From positions 44,961 through 108,960 of the forward strand of contig JAFMFM010000001.1 of assembly GCA_017856115.1 (NCBI GenBank): 64,000 nucleotides of DNA, in the 5' to 3' direction. The notes beneath the pieces were generated by a model, which had not been told where the DNA came from, did not search any database, and saw nothing but the letters and a program-made list of their open reading frames with translations. The position numbers and the translations under genes are program-made. How positions within the stretch are numbered: the stretch's first letter is position 1; each line of letters starts with the position of its first letter. This DNA comes from Actinomycetota bacterium. GTDB taxonomy: Bacteria; Actinomycetota; Acidimicrobiia; Acidimicrobiales; Ilumatobacteraceae. This document shows, in pieces, positions 18,400 to 27,792 of this stretch.

Positions 18400-20670
18400 T
18401 CAGCCAAAGACGATGTCGTGTGGTCGTACCGGCACGCGCGGCAATTCCTTGCCCGTTGCCTGACGAATGGCCGCGACGATGGCGGGCGTCACCGAGATGC
18501 ACGGGGGTTCGCCGATTCCCTTGGCTCCCAGCGGTGCCTGGGGTTCGGGTTCCTCGATCATGCTGACCACGACCTCGGGGGCGTCGAGTGCCGTGGGTAG
18601 TAGATAGTCGGTGAACGACGGATTCCTCATCCTTCCGTTCTCGAGCACGATCTCTTCCATCACTGCCAGACCAAGGCCTTGAGCGATACCACCTTCCACC
18701 TGGCCGAGCGCCGCAAGTGGGTTCAATACGCGTCCGACATCCTGTGCGGTGGCAACCTGCACCACCTTTACGAGACCAAGTTCCGTGTCGACATCGACCA
18801 CCGCTCGGTGCGCGACGAAAGCGAAGGCGACGTGGCAATTGCCTTGGCCGTTTTCATCCAATTCCTCGGTTGCGCGATGGTGGTGTTCGAACGTCTCGTC
18901 GAAGGTGAGATCCTTCGAAGCCTCCGTAACCGTCACCCGCAACGTTCCCATGCTGTCCACCACGTCCGTTCCATCGATGACCAGGCGGAGGGGGTCGACG
19001 TGGTGCGTTGCTGCTACGTGCTCGAAGAGACGTTCCCGCACGAGTCGACATGCACCATCGACCGCACCACCGCTCATCCATGTTTGACGCGATGCCGACG
19101 TACTGCCTGCACTCCCGATGGCGGTGGAAATCGGCTCGAGGAGTACCGTGTCGACTCCTAGCACCGTACGCGCAATCTGTTGTGCAAGGACGACGAATCC
19201 CTGGCCCACCTCCGCGGTGGCGAACTGCAGCGTGGCCACCCCGTTGGCGAGACGACATCGTGCGGTTGCGTAGTCGTCGAAGCCCTCGCTGTACATCAGA
19301 TTCTTGATGGAGACACCCCAGCCGATGCCTCGTGTGATGTTGCCGCGACGTGCGGTCAAGCCTGCCCCGCCCGGAATGAGCAACGGATCGGGGTCCGCGG
19401 GCAACGGCTCGGGTAGCGGTATCGCGGCGGTCTCGCGGATACAACGTTCAACGGGGGCGACGCTGTCCATGACCTGGCCGGTGATCAGACGGTCACCGGT
19501 GCGCATCGCATTCTTCAGTCGTATGTCGACGGGGTCCAGTCCGCAGGCAGCGGCGAGCTTGTCCATCTGGGACTCGTGGGCGAAGCACGCCTGCACGACT
19601 CCGAAACCGCGCATTGCGCCGCACGGGGGATTGTTCGAACGAACGGCGTAACCGTCGACGGTTGCCATCTCGCACTTGTACGGCCCTTGCATGTGGGTAA
19701 CCGCGTTGATGAGAACCGCCGACGAGGTGGACGCGTAGGCACCACCGTCGAGGACGACTCGGGCCTCCACTCTGCGCAGGGTTCCATCCCAGTCGGCGTG
19801 GTGACGCATGAAGATTCGTGCCGGATGGCGATGAATATGCCCGAAGAACGACTCTTCACGTCCGTACTGCATCTTGATGGGTCGACCCGTCGTGAGTGCC
19901 AGCAGGCAACAATGAACCTGCAGGCTGATGTCCTCCCTGCCTCCGAATGCACCGCCCACGCCGCCGAGCGTGAGACGAACCTTCTCGATCGGCAGATCGA
20001 GGCACGCTGCGATCTGTTTCTGATCCTCGTGCAACCACTGTGTGGCGACGAACAGTTCGACACCACCTCCTGCGTCGTCGGGCAGTGCCAATGCAGCTTC
20101 CAGCCCGAGGAATGCCTGATCCTGCATGCCGACGTCGTAGTAGCCCTCCACCACGACGTCACCCACGAACGATTGGTCACCACGAATGATGCGTTGTCTG
20201 CGGATCACGTTGCCGTCGGGATGAATGGCGGGAAATGAACCGGAGATCGCATCCTCTGCGTCGACGAGCGGCGGGAGCACCTCGTAGTCGACACGAATGG
20301 CATCGAGCGCCCGACGCGCAGTTTCGGGATGATCGGCTGCCACTGCCGCCACGGGTTCACCGGCATACCGCACCATCTCGCTGGCGAAGACCGGCTGATC
20401 GCTGGCGATGAGTCCGTACGTCAGTTGTCCCGGAACGTCCTTGGCGGTGATCACCGCACTCACCCCGTTGATGGCCAGTGCTCCGGAGACGTCGATCGAG
20501 ACGATCCGGGCGTGCGGATGGGGGCTTCGTAGTGTCGCGCCCCACAGCATGCTGTCCGCCCACGCATCGGACGAGAACGCGAACCGACCCTGTACCTTCG
20601 GGATGCCATCGGGTCGTAGCGCCGATGATCCGAGGGCTCCTCGTCGTTGGGTTGACGTCTTGGTGGTCAT
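18400..20670 (-). CDS. Xanthine dehydrogenase family molybdopterin-binding large subunit
   Basis: 756 aa with GGVGGAFGGRED, CGAMRGFG and GAKGIGEPP motifs, which resemble the XDH-type Glu/Arg/Glu active-site positions. It lacks the AYRCSFR loop of true CO dehydrogenases. Confidence 0.9.
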   Translation of the reverse strand: MTTKTSTQRRGALGSSALRPDGIPKVQGRFAFSSDAWADSMLWGATLRSPHPHARIVSIDVSGALAINGVSAVITAKDVPGQLTYGLIASDQPVFASEMVRYAGEPVAAVAADHPETARRALDAIRVDYEVLPPLVDAEDAISGSFPAIHPDGNVIRRQRIIRGDQSFVGDVVVEGYYDVGMQDQAFLGLEAALALPDDAGGGVELFVATQWLHEDQKQIAACLDLPIEKVRLTLGGVGGAFGGREDISLQVHCCLLALTTGRPIKMQYGREESFFGHIHRHPARIFMRHHADWDGTLRRVEARVVLDGGAYASTSSAVLINAVTHMQGPYKCEMATVDGYAVRSNNPPCGAMRGFGVVQACFAHESQMDKLAAACGLDPVDIRLKNAMRTGDRLITGQVMDSVAPVERCIRETAAIPLPEPLPADPDPLLIPGGAGLTARRGNITRGIGWGVSIKNLMYSEGFDDYATARCRLANGVATLQFATAEVGQGFVVLAQQIARTVLGVDTVLLEPISTAIGSAGSTSASRQTWMSGGAVDGACRLVRERLFEHVAATHHVDPLRLVIDGTDVVDSMGTLRVTVTEASKDLTFDETFEHHHRATEELDENGQGNCHVAFAFVAHRAVVDVDTELGLVKVVQVATAQDVGRVLNPLAALGQVEGGIAQGLGLAVMEEIVLENGRMRNPSFTDYLLPTALDAPEVVVSMIEEPEPQAPLGAKGIGEPPCISVTPAIVAAIRQATGKELPRVPVRPHDIVFG

Positions 20671-20688
20671 GGTGATGGGTCGTCTCCG

Positions 20689-21177
20689 CTACTTCGCCTG
20701 CATCGCACGGCGCTGGTCGCGAGCACGTTCCACCGCGGCGAAGATTCGCCCGTAGCCGGTGCAGCGGCAGATGTTGCCACTGATTGCTTCTTTGATGGCC
20801 AATTCATCGGGGCTCGGGTTGCGATCGAGCAGGTGATGCACCGCAACGATGAGGCCCGGGGTGCAGAAACCGCATTGCACGCCACCGGCTTCGACGAAGG
20901 ATTGTTGAACGTCGGTTGGCTCACCGTCGAGCGATAGCCCTTCGACGGTGGTGATGTCCGCGTCGACCGCAGTTGCCGCCATCACGAGGCACGAGCAGAC
21001 GGCCTCACCGTCCATCACCACGGTGCACGAACCGCATTCCCCCTGCTCGCAGGCTCCCTTCGTACCGGGCAGGCCGAGGCGTTCGCGCAGAACGTACAGC
21101 AGGCTTTCACCGGCCCAGGCGTCCTTCACCTCGTGCTCGATTCCATTCACCGTGAGTCGGTATATCTCGTTGCTCAT
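20689..21177 (-). CDS. Xanthine dehydrogenase family [2Fe-2S] small subunit
   Basis: 162 aa with CEQGECGSCTV, CGFCTPG and CRCTGY cysteine clusters. ATG 21177 overlaps the upstream stop (ATGA at 21174-21177). The ORF-track extension to 21375 is rejected. Confidence 0.92.
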   Translation of the reverse strand: MSNEIYRLTVNGIEHEVKDAWAGESLLYVLRERLGLPGTKGACEQGECGSCTVVMDGEAVCSCLVMAATAVDADITTVEGLSLDGEPTDVQQSFVEAGGVQCGFCTPGLIVAVHHLLDRNPSPDELAIKEAISGNICRCTGYGRIFAAVERARDQRRAMQAK

Positions 21178-22040
21178 CGTGGTGACTTTCCATGGTCGTT
21201 GGCTCGCAGGAGCAGGCGTTCGACGAGCACCGCGATGGCATGGCGTCGATACGAGGCGGTGGATCGATGGTCGTCGATGGGAGAGCATTCCGCGGCAGCG
21301 CGTCGACCAAACTCGCGGGCGAGTTCCGGTGTAACGGTCAGTGGGGCTGCGAGGTTCGTCTGCGATGCCAGCCATGCTTCGGCCTCGCGCGTCCGCACGA
21401 CGGTCGGGGCGACCGCACCGAGAGCCACGCGGATGGTGCCGCCGAGGGCGTCGTGCACCACGCAGACAGAGGCAGCAGAGATGACCATTGCGTTGCGCGT
21501 TCCCACCTTGGCGTAGCCCTGGAACCCGTTGAGGACCGGCAAGGTGACGGCCACGATCACCTCATTGGGCTGGCGCGCGTTCTTCTTTACCCCGAGCATG
21601 AATTCATGGATCGACAGATCGCGGGACGCATCCAGACTCTGGAGGTGCACGGTGGCATCGAGTGCAGAAAGGACCGGTAGTCCGTCGCCCGCAGGTGAAC
21701 ACGTTCCGAGATTGCCGCCCAGTGACCCCGCTGCGCGAATTTGCGGCGATCCGACCGTGCGAGCCGCTTGGGCGAGTGCCGGAAGATGGTGACAGAGAGG
21801 GGAGCGTTCCATCTCCGCGTAGGGAATGCCGGCACCGAGGCGGATGGTTTGGGAATCCTCGGCGATGTGCCAGCGCTTGAGTTCGTTTACTCGTCGAAGG
21901 GCGACGACGTCGTGCAATGTCGTGCGATTGAAGTTGACCTCGACCATCAGGTCGGTACCGCCCTGCACCAGGCGTGCTCCCGGGTGATCGTGCAACGCCT
22001 CCAGTGCCTGTTGCAACGACGTGGCATTGACGACCGTCAT
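21174..22040 (-). CDS. Xanthine dehydrogenase family FAD-binding medium subunit (CoxM/XdhB-like)
   Basis: ~288 aa with the [16 protein letters not shown]-binding motif. ATG 22040 overlaps the stop of the upstream LLM gene (ATGA at 22037-22040). TTG 22055 is an alternative start. Confidence 0.88.
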   Translation of the reverse strand: MTVVNATSLQQALEALHDHPGARLVQGGTDLMVEVNFNRTTLHDVVALRRVNELKRWHIAEDSQTIRLGAGIPYAEMERSPLCHHLPALAQAARTVGSPQIRAAGSLGGNLGTCSPAGDGLPVLSALDATVHLQSLDASRDLSIHEFMLGVKKNARQPNEVIVAVTLPVLNGFQGYAKVGTRNAMVISAASVCVVHDALGGTIRVALGAVAPTVVRTREAEAWLASQTNLAAPLTVTPELAREFGRRAAAECSPIDDHRSTASYRRHAIAVLVERLLLRANDHGKSPR

Positions 22041-23044
22041 AGGTTCGGGCTCCAATCCGAGAAGGCGTCGATCATGGATTTCACGTCACCAAGCGGGTAC
22101 AGGATGGGGCACGTGGCACCATTGCGCATGTAGTGCTCCACCTGAGCGCGTGCATCGGCGGGCGTGCCGCTGGCGGTGAGCATCTGAACGATCTCGTCGG
22201 GAACGAACTTGGACGCCGCTACCACCTGCTGGTGCGTCGCCGGCCATGTGAGCACGCTTCCCACCTTGTCGAGCAGCGATTGGGGCACCCCCGAGGCCTT
22301 CATGATGTGTGGCTGTTGGCCAAGGTATTGGGTGACCATTTGGCGTGCCATGTCGAGGGCGGTCGCGCGGTCTTCATGCACGCTGCACACGACGAGTTGC
22401 GGACGATCGATCGACTCGAGTGAGCGACCCGCCTTGGCTGCGCCCCGTTCCAATGCCTCCAGTGCTTTTGCGTTGTACTCGGGGGACACCAGGTAGTTCA
22501 GGACCACGCCGTCGGCGATTTCACCGGTGAGTTCCATCATCTGCATGCCGGTGGCGCCGATGTAGATCGGCACGTCCTTCTTTCGGCGTTCCTGATACAC
22601 GTAGTCGAGCTCGACTCCGTCGAGTTGCACGAACTCTCCCTGCATCGTGACGGTTTCGTTGTTCAGGAGTGCGCGAACCGCGGTAACGATCTCACGCATG
22701 GCACGCAGGGGTCTGCTGCGATCGATACCAACTTTCTTGGCAAGTGGATCCCACCAGGCGCCGATGCCCAGCAATACTCGACCGGGCGCAAGATCATCGA
22801 GCGTGCTGAAGGTTGCAGCGAGACGTGCGGGATTCCGGCTCCAACAGTCGACCACTCCCGAGCCGACCTTCAGCTTCGTGGTGACCGATGCGAAGGCGGC
22901 CATCGGCACGGTTGCTTCACGTACGAGACGACTCTCGGCTTGCCACACCGCCTCGAAACCCTTGGATTCGGCGTACTTGGCGAACTCCATTCCCTCACGC
23001 AGTGGGTGGGCATCCTGCAGGTACAACGCGACTCGTGCGGCCAT
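22037..23044 (-). CDS. Luciferase-like monooxygenase (LLM) class oxidoreductase, probably F420-dependent
   Basis: 335 aa. TIM-barrel LLM features ([26 protein letters not shown]) resemble Mer-like F420 reductases. ATG 23044 lies 2 nt after the upstream stop. The Arg-rich ORF-track extension to 23227 is rejected. Confidence 0.82.
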   Translation of the reverse strand: MAARVALYLQDAHPLREGMEFAKYAESKGFEAVWQAESRLVREATVPMAAFASVTTKLKVGSGVVDCWSRNPARLAATFSTLDDLAPGRVLLGIGAWWDPLAKKVGIDRSRPLRAMREIVTAVRALLNNETVTMQGEFVQLDGVELDYVYQERRKKDVPIYIGATGMQMMELTGEIADGVVLNYLVSPEYNAKALEALERGAAKAGRSLESIDRPQLVVCSVHEDRATALDMARQMVTQYLGQQPHIMKASGVPQSLLDKVGSVLTWPATHQQVVAASKFVPDEIVQMLTASGTPADARAQVEHYMRNGATCPILYPLGDVKSMIDAFSDWSPNL

Positions 23045-23046
23045 GG

Positions 23047-24168
23047 TTACAGGTCCTCCATTCGGCGGTGTAGACGAGCGGCAGCTTCGGCGGCCTTCGC
23101 TCGAATCTCGACCTCGTCGACCAGCGTCGTCGTCCCCCGATCGACGATGATTCGGGGACTCGATGAGCCATCCGTGGCGGTCTCGACGCGCTCGACTCGC
23201 ATGCCGGTGGTGAAAGCGGCGTGCCATGCATCATCGGCATGCGGATATCGCCATGTCACTCGATCATCCTTGGATTGAGGGAACAACTCTCGGGTATTGT
23301 CCAGCCAGCCCGATACCACGTCGGGTGTTGCGGTTTGATCGAACTCGCGTAGCCGCACGTATGCGAGACGGAATTCTTCGTACATGTCGGATCCGATGCC
23401 GTCGGATCCGAGTACCACGGTGTTGGGGCGAGTGGTGGGTGCGGCATACCCGACACCGTTGTTCATGTTGGAGCGGGGGTTGTGGGCGAGGCGGCCGGGC
23501 AGTGTGCGGTCGAGGTGCACACCATGCACGATGAGCCATTCGTCCGTTGCGTGTGGGGCCAGGCGTGCGGCAGCCTGCGAGTCGTCGATCGCCTCGGCAA
23601 CATGTACGTGCACGCCCACGTTCAACGATGTGGCCAAGTCTGCGGCCGCGGCGATGGTTTCATTGCTGCAGGTGAATGCGGCATGGAGTCCGACCATGCC
23701 GGCCTTGCCCGAGCGGATGTGACGCTCGCACTCCTCGAGACCGCGCTTGGCACCTTTCGTCATCGGGGAAAGAGGGGATACCTTCTGGTGCAGCGTGTCG
23801 TCGTCGCGCCAGCGATCCGTTGCTCCGTAGCACGTGCGCACACGAACCCCTACCTCGCTGCAGGCGCGGTCGATCGCCTCCAGCGATCCCTCGATGGCGC
23901 GGGGCGATTCATGGTGATCCACGATGCAGGTGGTTCCCGCCAGTACTGCCTCGACTGCACCGAGTTTTGCCGACCAGTAGATGGTGTCGAGGTCGAGGGC
24001 AGCATCGAGGCGCCACCATACGAGTTCGAGCATGTGGGGGAAACTTGTGGCGACTCCTCGCGATGCCGGCATGCCTCGAGCCATGGCGGAGTACAAGTGG
24101 TGGTGGGCGTTGACCAAACCGGGTGTCACGCTGAGCATGTCTGCTCGGTGTGCGGAGATGGCGTTCAT
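23047..24168 (-). CDS. Amidohydrolase-fold enzyme, SsnA / chlorohydrolase-like, with a short N-terminus
   Basis: HxH metal motif in [15 protein letters not shown] (compare SsnA-type NHFYSGLSRG). Further His/Asp ligands are spread along 373 aa. ATG 24168 overlaps the stop of the upstream hydroxylase (ATGA at 24165-24168). Confidence 0.8.
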   Translation of the reverse strand: MNAISAHRADMLSVTPGLVNAHHHLYSAMARGMPASRGVATSFPHMLELVWWRLDAALDLDTIYWSAKLGAVEAVLAGTTCIVDHHESPRAIEGSLEAIDRACSEVGVRVRTCYGATDRWRDDDTLHQKVSPLSPMTKGAKRGLEECERHIRSGKAGMVGLHAAFTCSNETIAAAADLATSLNVGVHVHVAEAIDDSQAAARLAPHATDEWLIVHGVHLDRTLPGRLAHNPRSNMNNGVGYAAPTTRPNTVVLGSDGIGSDMYEEFRLAYVRLREFDQTATPDVVSGWLDNTRELFPQSKDDRVTWRYPHADDAWHAAFTTGMRVERVETATDGSSSPRIIVDRGTTTLVDEVEIRAKAAEAAARLHRRMEDL

Positions 24169-26750
24169 TCGTCGTCTCCAACTCGGCGCATCGGCAGCGT
24201 GGTGCGCCACTGACCGTCGAGGTCGTGCAGTGCTGCGGCCACGGCGCCCGCCGTCGGCACGAGTCCGATCTCTCCGACGCCCTTGATTCCGTACGGAGCA
24301 TTCGGCTGTGCGCGCTCGACGAGGATGACATCCATCGGTGGCACGTCCTTGGCTCGCAGGATGCCGAGGCTTCGCAGCGTCATATTCGTGGGGAATCCCG
24401 TTTCCGGATCACTGGGAAAGTCCTCGGTCAGTGCATAACCAAGACCCATGTGGATGCTGCCTTCGATTTGTCCCTCGCAGAGCGTGGGGTTCATCGCGCG
24501 TCCAACGTCGTGCGCAGCAACCACACGTTCGACATTGCCCGTCTCGCGGTTGAGGACGGTCATCTGGGCTGCGTAGCCGAACGTGGAGTGAATGATTGGG
24601 CTGGTTACCTTCGGGTCGCCGAGTTTGGTGGTCCAGTCGACGCGGTATTCACCTAGATGGTCCACGCCGCGAGTGAGTCCAGCCGCCTTGGCCGTGTTGC
24701 ATGCAGCGTGCACGGCACCCGCACCCATCAACGTGCCGCGCGATCCCGTGGTCTGTCCCAGCCCGAGTTCGCGCGTGGTGTCGACGATGACCCGTATCTT
24801 TCCGGGGTCGATGTCCAGAACGCCGCCGAGTTCCTCGATTGCGACCTGGATGGCGATGGTATTGATGCCCTGACCCATCTCGGTCCATCCGTGACGAATC
24901 TCGAGCGTTCCGTCGTGTTCGATGCGAACCACGGCCTTGGTGACTTCCTTGAATCCATTGCCGAGCCCACTGTTCTTCAGACCGAGACCGAGCCCCACCG
25001 CACTACCTGCTGCGCGTGCCGCGTCGTAATGCGGTTTGATGGCCTCAAGACAGGCGAGAGCCCCATCGCAACCGTCGTCCATGATTTGGCCGGGACCCCA
25101 TACCATGCCGGGGCGAATCACATTGCGTCGACGTATCTCCCAACCGCTGAGGCCAACTCGCTCGGCCAAACGGTCGAGCATGCCTTCCATCGCAAACTGT
25201 GCCTGGTTGGCACCGAAACCGCGGAACGCACCACCGACCGGGTTGTTCGTGCGCACGGCAATGGACTCCACGTCGATGTTGGGCAGGTGGTAGGGACCAC
25301 TTGCGTGGCCGGCCATGCGTTCGAGCACCTTCATGCCGACACTCGCGTACGCTCCGGAGTCACCGACTGCACGCACGCGCAACGCCGTGAGCATGCCATC
25401 GGTATCGCAGGCCATCCGGTATCTCATGCGGATGGGATGCCGTTTTGCGTGCATGAGAAAGGATTCTTCGCGCGAGAGCACACACTTCACGGGCGCGTCG
25501 ACCAGCCAGGCGGCGAGTGCGGCGTGGGCTTGGTTCGACATGTCTTCCTTGCCACCGAATGCACCGCCGTTGGTGACGAGTTCGACGGTGACTCGGGCGT
25601 CGTCGATTCCAAGAACGCGAGCGATGTCGTTACGGTCGTCCCAAATTCCTTGCCCGCCCGAGTAGACGTGCAATGTTCGCGAGGTCCCCGTGCCTGCCGG
25701 TACCGCAAGCGTGGCCTCGGGTTCGAGGAATGCATGCTCGATTCTCTGTGTTTGGAAGGTTTCCTCGATCACGTGTGCGCTCGAGGCGAATGCAGCGTCG
25801 ACGTCACCACGCGCATAGGTGCTGGTGCTGAGGATGTTGTCGTTGGTTCGCCACACGGCGACTTCCGGGGAGGACAGCGCGACGTCGACGTCGGTGATGG
25901 GAGCATGAACTTCGTAGTCGACCCGGATTAGTTTTGTTGCCGCACGTGCGTTGAGGCGCGAATCGGCAACGACGATTGCGAGCACGTCACCGGCGTACGA
26001 GGTACGACCACCCACGGGAATCATCACTGGCCAGTCCTTGTGGATGATGCCGACCATCAGTTCCCCCGGGATGTCGGCAGCGGTGTAGACCGCCCTAACA
26101 CCTTCGGACTTCCGAGCGTCATCCACGTCGATTCGCGTCACTGTCGCTCGCGCGTGTGCGGTGAAATGGAGCGCCGCATGGAGCATCCCGGAGATTCGAA
26201 TGTCGTCGACGTAGCCGCGGTCACCGAGTGCCAGTGATTCGGCTTCGTACTTGGGCGTTCGGCTCCCGATTCCTGCGACGGGTGGCATCGCAGGTATCTC
26301 GTTGCGCGCAACGCATTCGATTGCATCGAGGATCTTTGCGTACCCGGTGCAACGACACAGGTGTGCACCCAGGTGTCGCGCCATGTCTTCGCGCTTGAGT
26401 GTCGATCCTTTCTTGTCGATCTGGGCCTTTGCGCGCACGACGATTCCCGGGATGCAGAATCCGCACTGCAGCCCGCCGCATGCCGCAAAGGCCGAAGCGA
26501 ACCTTGCCCGCTCAGTTTCCGGGACACCCTCGAGTGTGACGACGGATTTTCCGTCGACTTTCTCGAGGCTGGTCTGGCACGAAACCACCGCCTTGCCTTC
26601 GATGAGGACGGTGCAACACCCACACTGACCGCTCGGTGAACACCCATCCTTGGGTGACGTGATGTCGAGTTCCTCGCGAAGTGCCGAGAGCAGATGTGGG
26701 TGTGACTGCCGGACCACGACGGGGCTTCCGTTGACGATCAGGGATGTCAC
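24165..26750 (-). CDS. Fused [2Fe-2S] + molybdopterin-binding hydroxylase (XdhD / aldehyde-oxidoreductase architecture, no FAD domain)
   Basis: 861 aa. N-terminal cysteine clusters CSPSGQCGCCTV, CGFCIPG and CRCTGY run straight into a Mo-binding domain with GGAFGGKED, GGAFRGFG and GVGEIG. GTG start at 26750. Confidence 0.9.
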   Translation of the reverse strand: MTSLIVNGSPVVVRQSHPHLLSALREELDITSPKDGCSPSGQCGCCTVLIEGKAVVSCQTSLEKVDGKSVVTLEGVPETERARFASAFAACGGLQCGFCIPGIVVRAKAQIDKKGSTLKREDMARHLGAHLCRCTGYAKILDAIECVARNEIPAMPPVAGIGSRTPKYEAESLALGDRGYVDDIRISGMLHAALHFTAHARATVTRIDVDDARKSEGVRAVYTAADIPGELMVGIIHKDWPVMIPVGGRTSYAGDVLAIVVADSRLNARAATKLIRVDYEVHAPITDVDVALSSPEVAVWRTNDNILSTSTYARGDVDAAFASSAHVIEETFQTQRIEHAFLEPEATLAVPAGTGTSRTLHVYSGGQGIWDDRNDIARVLGIDDARVTVELVTNGGAFGGKEDMSNQAHAALAAWLVDAPVKCVLSREESFLMHAKRHPIRMRYRMACDTDGMLTALRVRAVGDSGAYASVGMKVLERMAGHASGPYHLPNIDVESIAVRTNNPVGGAFRGFGANQAQFAMEGMLDRLAERVGLSGWEIRRRNVIRPGMVWGPGQIMDDGCDGALACLEAIKPHYDAARAAGSAVGLGLGLKNSGLGNGFKEVTKAVVRIEHDGTLEIRHGWTEMGQGINTIAIQVAIEELGGVLDIDPGKIRVIVDTTRELGLGQTTGSRGTLMGAGAVHAACNTAKAAGLTRGVDHLGEYRVDWTTKLGDPKVTSPIIHSTFGYAAQMTVLNRETGNVERVVAAHDVGRAMNPTLCEGQIEGSIHMGLGYALTEDFPSDPETGFPTNMTLRSLGILRAKDVPPMDVILVERAQPNAPYGIKGVGEIGLVPTAGAVAAALHDLDGQWRTTLPMRRVGDDE

Positions 26751-26814
26751 CTTTACAGTTTGTCAAAGACCACCCCCACCTCCAACGGATGGCCGGAGGG
26801 GCCGTTGCGGCCGC

Positions 26815-27792
26815 TCAGTCGGGGGTTGTGGGCAATTCCGAGCCGTCAGAACGCGTGCGTGGACCTCGTTGTGACGTCAGCCGGGTGTACACCTCGGGGC
26901 GTCGGTAGAAGTCCATGTCGAACAGTGTGTTTTGGTAGTTCTTGCACCATTCAAGGTCACAGTCGGCCACGACGACTTCATCGCCGTTGCCGACGGTCTT
27001 GGCCAGGATTTCTCCCGATGGTGCGATGATCTGGGATTCGGCAAGGGAGTCCACGCCCTCCTCGCAGCCGCCCTTGGCCACGCCCACCACGAAGGTGCCA
27101 TTCTGATACGCGCCCGACTGCATCACGAGCGTGTTGTGGAAACCGGCAAGTCGGTCTTGACTCGGATCGGGAAGATAACTGAGCGGTGTGTTGTAGCCGC
27201 ACAGGATGAGTTCCACACCCTGCAATCCCATCTCCCGATACGTCTCGGGCCATCGGCGATCGTTGCAAATCATCATGCCGATGCGTCCCGTAAACGCGGT
27301 CCAGACACCGAAGCCTTCGTTGCTCGGCTGAAAGTAGTAACGCTCGGCGTGCTGGAATTTGCGTTTCGGTTCATGCGTTGCATGACCCGGCACGTGAACC
27401 TTCCGGTACGAACCGACGATCGAGCCGTCGCGTTCGACGAGGATTTGTGTGTTGAATCGCTCACCCGCGGCGGTGAGCTCGGCGTAGCCGAGTGAGAACC
27501 CGACCGATCGTTCCCTTGCTGCCTCGAACAGCGGGGCGGTGATCGTCGATGGCATTTCCCGTTCGTAGTAGTGGTCGGCTTCGGAGATGTTCTCGACGAA
27601 CCATCTCGGAAAGAAGGTGGTGAGGGCCAGTTCGGGGAACACCACGAGGTGAGCCCCCCGATCGGCGGCATTGTGCAGCAGCGCGCACAACCTCGACACG
27701 ACGGATTCGCGAGCATCGGATGCCTGTACCGGACCCATTTGCGCCGCCGCCACACGCACGATCCGTGGAGAGCCGCGCAGTTCTCCGCGCAT
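26815..27792 (-). CDS. Nitrilase-superfamily N-carbamoyl-D-amino-acid hydrolase-like decarbamoylase
   Basis: Glu-Lys-Cys triad contexts VVFPELALTTFFPRW, YRKVHVPG and MMICNDRRWPE closely resemble D-carbamoylase. The ATG overlaps the upstream stop (TAATG at 27790-27794). Confidence 0.88.
   Translation of the reverse strand: MRGELRGSPRIVRVAAAQMGPVQASDARESVVSRLCALLHNAADRGAHLVVFPELALTTFFPRWFVENISEADHYYEREMPSTITAPLFEAARERSVGFSLGYAELTAAGERFNTQILVERDGSIVGSYRKVHVPGHATHEPKRKFQHAERYYFQPSNEGFGVWTAFTGRIGMMICNDRRWPETYREMGLQGVELILCGYNTPLSYLPDPSQDRLAGFHNTLVMQSGAYQNGTFVVGVAKGGCEEGVDSLAESQIIAPSGEILAKTVGNGDEVVVADCDLEWCKNYQNTLFDMDFYRRPEVYTRLTSQRGPRTRSDGSELPTTPD

Noticed and set aside
18400-22055. Interpretation of the three-subunit Mo enzyme as aerobic carbon-monoxide dehydrogenase (CoxMSL).
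   Set aside because: The large subunit shows XDH-like GGAFGGRED and MRGFG contexts. It lacks the AYRCSFR (form I) or AYRGAGR (form II) active-site loop, and no coxDEFG accessory genes are present.
26751-26814. A TTGACA hexamer (minus strand) in the 64-nt gap before the XdhD-like gene, as an internal promoter.
   Set aside because: The hexamer is only about 10 nt from the GTG start, so a matching -10 element would fall inside the coding region. There is no supporting -10 box, so I cannot support a promoter call.
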